Below are positions 51,040-56,755 of a stretch of DNA of 56,755 bases, one piece after another. A program made the translations under genes and the position numbers. The stretch is from contig NC_057758.1 of assembly GCF_004010195.1 (NCBI RefSeq), positions 5,574,985 through 5,631,739 on the forward strand. Direction: 5' to 3'. Every line of letters begins with the position of its first letter. Position 1 is the first letter of the stretch. The notes under the pieces are model-generated. The model was not told where the DNA came from and did not search any database. It was given only the letters and a program-made list of their open reading frames with translations. Source of the DNA: Chiloscyllium plagiosum (Eukaryota).

Positions 51040-51420
51040 TCCATCTGTTTATCACCAGTAGTGGCTGTATCCTGTCCCAATGGGAGTTTCGACACACCAG
51101 AAGTGGCAGAACAGTTTGACACAGCCGGGAAAGGGTTGGCTCTGGGAGTTTCCAATGTTGAAGACACTTTGTGATGGCTCATTAAATGAGGAATGATACA
51201 CGAAAGAGTTCTTCTACTGAGACTCCCACAGCACCCCTCCTATCTGACGAATTGGTCCTCTCTCCAAGTTAAACAGCATTCGGAAGATCGTCTCAGGAGA
51301 CCAAATGACACGGAATAGAATATTATCTGTCGACTTAGTCGGGCAAAATGGAGAGTGTCTACGGCAGAGACTGAAAGCATCACTACTGAGCTCGTTCATC
51401 ATGTGTAATGAGATTACGTC
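51040..51420 (-). pseudogene. Possible decayed Ig V-like exon
   Basis: One frame: 'SPFCPTKSTDNILFRVIWSP...SFNEPSQSVFNI...FCHFWCVETPIGTGYSHY' (Cys-Trp spacing of 14, second Cys in an F-strand-like context); CT-rich tract downstream. Confidence 0.35.
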
Positions 51421-51439
51421 TCAGGTGGTGAAAATACCG

Positions 51440-53500
51440 AGATGGAAACATTCACTTGGCCATCTCCTGTTGGGAGTTTTCTACAGGTCTCCGAAAAGTC
51501 ACAGAAATATAGAGAAAAAGATTATAAAGGTGATTCTTGGTTGTAACTAAAGGGTAGTTATTATGGAGAACTTTAATGTCTGAATATTGAGTATAAACGC
51601 TCCTGTAGGAGTACATTAGAAGGTCTGTTTAGGTCCATTGTGTACTGGACGGTTTTCAGGCACAGGAGGTACATAGGCTAACAGGAGGTGACGCCACATT
51701 GGATGTAGTACTGGAAATTAACCATAACAGGTAGTGGATTTGGAAGTAGGTGAGCAATTTTCTGATAGGGACAATAATTTGTGCCTGCATTCCAAATGAC
51801 AAGGGATAAGTACATACCCCAGGTCAAGAGTTATGGCGGGATCAAAGGCAATTATGATGCGGTTAAGCAAGATTTAGGATGCATAGGATGGGCAAGGAAA
51901 CTGCAAGGAATGAGCACTATTGAAATATGGATCTAGTTTAAGGACAAGCAGTTGCATGTCCTTGATAAGTATGTACCTGTCATGCAGAGAGGAAGAAGTC
52001 GACCAAGTGAACTATAGTTTACTACCTAAGTTGAATGTCTTGTCAACACGAAGAATGAGGCTTTTGCAAGGATGAAACGTGAAGGCTTAGCTGGGACACT
52101 TGAATGTTACAAGTTATGCAGCAAGGCCAAAAAGAGAGAGCTACGACGAGCCAGGAGGAGATATGAGAAATGTTTGGCTGGAAGGATCAAGGAATATCCT
52201 ATAGCTTTCGAAAGGAATGCAGGAAATTTAAAAAAAACGTCAAGATCAAGTGTAGACCCAGTCAAGGACAGTAGTCACTAGTTGTGCGTGGAGTCCATAC
52301 TGGGAAACAGGCTGTTAGATTAGAAGGGATTGAAGTTCATAAGAAGGAGGTGTTAGCAATTCTGGAAAAAGCGCAAATAGATAAGTCCTCTGGCCGGATG
52401 GAATTTATCCTTTGAGCCTGTGGGAAGCAACGGAGGAAATTTCAGAACCTATAGCTTTGATTTTTATGTCGTCATGGTCTACTTGGAATAGGACAAGAAG
52501 ACTGGAGGATAGCAAATGTTTTCTCCTAGTTAAGAAGGAGAGTAGGGACACTCATTGTAACGAAAGACCAGTGAACCTGATTACGATTAGAGTTAAAGTG
52601 TTCGTAAGGATAATAACGACAAATAATATATAATAGTTAGAAACGAATAATTTGATTAGGGATAGTCACATGGTTTTATGAACGTTAGGCCGTGTCTCAC
52701 AAACCATTTTGAGTTCTTTGAGAAGGTGACCAGATAGGAGGATTATGGTAAAGTGATTGATGTGGTGAATGTGGACTCCAGTAAAGCGTTTGATAAGGTT
52801 CCCAAAAATACTTAATTTCAGAAAATACAAAGGCATGGGATTGACTGTGATTTAGTGGTTTGTATCAATGATTGGCTCGATGAAAGATGGCAATGGGTTA
52901 TTTAATGGGGAATATTCATCCTAGCGTTCAATTACGAGCAGCACTTTGCAAGGATTTGATTTGGGGCCACTGGCGTTTGTCATGTTTAAAAAAATAAATG
53001 ACGTGAATGATGGTGTACAAGGATGTGTTAGTAAGCTTGCGAATAACAACAAGATCAGTGGAGTTTTGCACAATGCTGAAGGATGTTGCAAGTTACAGAG
53101 GGACATAGACAAGCTGCACGGCTGGGCTGAGAGGTGGCAAATGAAAATATAATGCAGAAAAGTCTGAGGATATTCACTTCAGAAGGAATGACAGGAACAT
53201 AAAGTACAGTGATAATGGTAACATCCTTGATAATGTGAATGAGCTGAGAGACCTCGGTGTCCATGTACAAGTATCGCTGAAAATTGCCCCCCAGGTTGAT
53301 AGCGTTGTTAAGAAGGCATACGATATGTTTGCTTTTATCAGTAGAGCGATTGAGTTTAAAAACCATGAGGTGTTGTGGCAGCTGTACAAAACGCATTTGC
53401 AGTTTTGCGTGCAGTTCTGATCAATGCATTACAGGAAAGATGTAGAAACGTTGGTAACGGTTCAGAGAATGTTTCCCACGATATTGCCTGGTATGTACGG
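51440..53500 (+). mobile_element. Decayed CR1/HER1 ORF2 (APE through RT)
   Basis: 'LLGVFYRSP', 'RELRRARRRYEK', 'SKAFDKVP', 'LQRDIDKLHGWAERWQM', 'LRDLGVHV'. Confidence 0.88.
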
Positions 53501-53504
53501 AATA

Positions 53505-53957
53505 CTCATTTCAGGGTTTTATTTTTCCCCTGGTTTGTTTAGGTTTTAACAAGGAGTCTGTTCAAACCTGCTGTGAATAGAAGTTTTCTCTGATACAATG
53601 CAGGTTTCTGGCTGACTCTGCCTCTTCCACCTCTCCTGCAAGAACCTATGTTTGAATTTGCATTTCTTCGCAATGGATTTCTGGGATGTTGCAGCAAATC
53701 GGGACAGATCTTTGTTAAGTTGTGGGGGAGATCAGTCATTATTATTTTCAAATCATTTTTCTTCTAAATTCTGGGTTTTTTTGCGTTTTCTTCGGTAGTG
53801 TGTAAATTAATTCTCTTTGACGTGAAGCCAAGTGGTTTGATGAGCTGCACCACTCCTGGGATACCCACATTCGATCTGCTTGAAACAACTGAAAGAGTTA
53901 GTGATTAGCTAACTTCTTAAAATGTTTTAGGGGAGCCTGGGCTGGTGTAAAATAACA
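53505..53957 (+). repeat. Probable partial or solo LTR
   Basis: Interrupts the LINE abruptly, is T-rich and ends '...gctggtgtaaaataaca' (CA end), like Gypsy-type LTRs. Confidence 0.45.
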
Positions 53958-54290
53958 ATGCCGGTAAGAATTGATGTAGTCCGATTTATCTTGTTGGTCG
54001 GCCACCAAGCAGGATTCGTTTTGTCTGCTGGTCCATCTCATTGGTATTCATGATCCTTTATCTTTTAGTTTGGAGTCCAGAGTTTGTGACAACGGAGATT
54101 CTCGGGCGATGCACAAATTCTGCACCGGGTGGAGCATCCCGACAGAAGGGTGCGGAATTTATCAGAAAGAAATGGCTGAAATCTATTTTCTAGCACAGAA
54201 TCCCAGCACCAGATAGTCTAGGAGAGGCCCTACATCACGAATTGCTATCTGAAATCTACAGTAAACTCACATTCCTTGCATGTTCGCACA

Positions 54291-54427
54291 CAGTCAGCAT
54301 CCGAGGAGTAGGAGAATGTTTTGGGCAAAAACCCTTTATCAGGAATGTCAATGAAGGGTTTTTGCCCGAAACGTTGATTTACCTGCTCCTCGGATGCTGT
54401 CTGACCTATTGTGCTTTTCCAGCACCA
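54291..54427. mobile_element. Palindromic Penelope-end-derived element with degenerate hammerhead cores
   Basis: Arms cagcatccgaggag-agg...gggcaaaaaccctt and aagggtttttgccc...cctgctcctcggatgctg. Confidence 0.7.
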
Positions 54428-54434
54428 GTTTAAT

Positions 54435-54915
54435 CTTGGCCGGCATTGATAGCACGTCCCTATTTCCCTTTGATAAGCTGCAATCTTGAATCGCTGCAGT
54501 CCATTTGTTGTGAGTTGGCCCACAACGTCGGTAGGGCATTATTGCGATTTCCTAGCGATTGATACACCTGAGTGGTTTGCTAGCCTATTTCTGAGGGCAG
54601 TTGAGAATCAACCATGTTGCTGTGGCTTTGGAGGCCCACATAGGCCTGACCAAGTAATGATCGCAGGTTTCCTTCCTGAAAAGACATTAGTGAACCAGAT
54701 TCGTTTTTGTTTTTCAATAATTGTCAATGGTTTGATAGCTTTTTGTTTTTCAATAATTGTCAATGGTTTGATAGCTATCAGTTGAACCTTCAGCCAGACT
54801 TTGTTATTTTGAAAACAAATTCGAAAATCTGCCCTGGCGAGATTTGTACCCATGTCATTATTCTAGGTTTCTGGATTAATCGTCGTGTGATAGTACAACA
54901 AGGCCATCGCCTCCC
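54435..54915 (-). mobile_element. tRNA-derived SINE with LINE-like tail
   Basis: Minus head 'ggaggcgatggccttgttgtactatcac...ttaatccaga...tgggtacaaatc' (A/B boxes); body 'gagggcagttgagaatcaaccatgttgctgtgg'. Confidence 0.65.
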
Positions 54916-55259
54916 AGTTATTATTTGCTAAACGTCCAAATACTACTTGTTCTGCTTAGTAGACATTATATTTCTGTCGACATTCCTTTACTGCAGACGT
55001 TGTGTCACTATCGTCAATATCCAGTGTACACACTACTGTGGGTCCAAATCCCAGTTCTGCTACAGTGTAAACACTGTACTACTGTTAAAGAAGCACACCT
55101 GACACGCTACTGAGTCTTCATATTTATTTCGTCACACTGAAGAAGTTGTCTTACTGTGGGCAGAATACTGTCTGAATAATACTGAGTGCAAATAAAGCCG
55201 TGATACCCCAGCATAATTACGGTATTATTGTAGATTGCGTTCCCTTGTGTGTCAGTTAT

Positions 55260-55840
55260 TTCTTCAGTTGTGCATGAGAGTATGTGAGTGCATGCTAATC
55301 TGCATCAGTCCTTGTTTGTATATGCATTTGTGCAGTTTTGTCTGTCTGCATATGTGCACAACTGTGTGCATGCATGTCTATGCCTAATCATGTGAATGTC
55401 TGTATATGTGTTGCTCTGTATTTATTTGTATGTGTGTATCTGAGTGTGCGTGCATCTGTGTGACCGAGTTACTGCGAATGTGAATGGTGTTGTTGTTTAA
55501 ATCAGTGTGAGTGCATCTGTGTCTGTGAGAGTAACTGTGCATTTGCGTTCATGTGTGTCTGACAGTCTGCATGTGTATGTGATTGCATGTCAGTGTGCGT
55601 GTTTTCAGAGTATGTGTGTCATTCAGCACATTTTATGTTGCGTGCATCAATGTGTATCTTGTTGTGAGTGTTAGTGTGTCTGTTTATGAATCCGTATGTC
55701 AGTATGCTTTTATGTGGATGTGTGCATGTCAGCATACGCATTTCTGTTCATATATCTGAGTGTGTGTCTGATCGTGTGTTAGTTTGTGTGTGAGTGCGAG
55801 TACGTGTGTGCATCAGTGTGGGCATGCTGTGTGCAAAGAG
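55260..55840. repeat. Degenerate TG-rich low-complexity tract
   Basis: Decayed (TG)n/(TGCA)n. Confidence 0.8.
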
Positions 55841-55906
55841 TCTCGCGGAGGAACAGTGCAGTCAGTGAGCATTCCTTTGTGTTTTTGTGAGAGTGTGTAT
55901 ACACAG

Positions 55907-56220
55907 ACTCTAGCAGTGGAACAGTGTTGTTATTGATGGACTCCTTGGATATGTTGGAGTTGACGCTTCCCTGTGTTGGAACATCTTTAGCACTTTCGTT
56001 GCCAACAGATCTTTCTTGGCATAAACAGATGAACTCAGGACAATTGTAACAAAGCAGAACATTCACGCAAAGACCCGGGGCAGATTTGGTTTTGAGGAAT
56101 GAAACACATTTGTAGAAACAAGAAGCATTGTAAAAATCTGAAGGTCAAAAAACAAACATTCTGACCTTACCAGTTCATTTTCACGTGAACAAATGCGTTC
56201 ATTTTTTAAATTCAATGCTT
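55907..56220 (+). pseudogene. Decayed Ig V-like exon
   Basis: After acacag, phase-1 frame 'DSSSGTVLLLMDSLDMLELTLPCVGTSLALSLPTDLSWHKQ...EGQKTNILTLPVHF' (LxLPC...W, spacing of 15); three in-frame stops; cut off near a LINE. Confidence 0.5.
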
Positions 56221-56264
56221 AATTCCTAAGGTGAGCAGCCATTGGCCGGAAAGAAGGGACGTCC

Positions 56265-56680
56265 AAACATTGAGGCTTTTACTGTTCTTGGAGTTTAGAA
56301 GAATGAGACAGGATCTAACTGAGCTCTGTAGATGCTTAAAGGTATTGATTATGCAGACGCAGAGAAGTTGTTTCCTCATGTGTGGCGATCTATAAAAAGA
56401 GGTCATCGTCTTATGATAAGGACTAGCAAGTTTAAAACAGAGATGAGGACAGATTTCTTCACACGTGTGCGGGCATCCATGGAAATCATTACCGCAACAT
56501 GGAGTGGATGCTGGGACACTGAGTATATTTAAGGAGGACATCTATTTTTAATTAGCAATGAGTTAAAAGAGCTGAGCAATATGATCTTGAGGCCGAGATG
56601 ACATCAGCCTTTATCTTCGAAAATGGCAAGCCAGTCTGGAGGGATGGAAGGACATATTTCTGGCACTGATGATATGATCT
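56265..56680 (+). mobile_element. CR1 LINE 3' end
   Basis: 'LEFRRMRQDLTELCRCL' and 'KGIDYADAEKLFP...RGHRL...FKTEMRTDFFT'. Confidence 0.85.
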
Positions 56681-56755
56681 GCGTGGAAGTTACAACCATA
56701 TAGAGCCAGAGAAAAGTTGGCAAAATGGAAAGAGAGATTGCGAGGGAGTGGTACA

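Overview
This is repeat-rich vertebrate genomic DNA, most likely from a shark or other cartilaginous fish (inferred from HE1-type SINEs, HER1/CR1 LINEs and GPR139-like receptor paralogs). It has five N-gaps, and I can support no intact protein-coding gene. Main contents: (1) many CR1/HER1 LINEs, three of them near full length with an SGNH-esterase ORF1; (2) a decayed SCAN-domain, integrase-before-RT (Gmr1-like) LTR retrotransposon carrying a Penelope insertion at the gag start and a full-length CR1 in its downstream LTR; (3) a ~6.2/6.5 kb inverted segmental duplication (13620-19792 vs 22844-29350) whose spacer holds a GPR139-like GPCR exon; (4) a second GPR139-like pseudogene fused to the 3' half of a tRNA-Leu gene; (5) minisatellites apparently born from LINE and SINE segments, and several hammerhead-ribozyme remnants; (6) about eleven decayed exon-like segments with immunoglobulin-domain hallmarks on both strands, suggesting a dead multi-Ig gene cluster. 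All family assignments are by-eye motif recognition, identities are rough estimates, and most boundaries are approximate.
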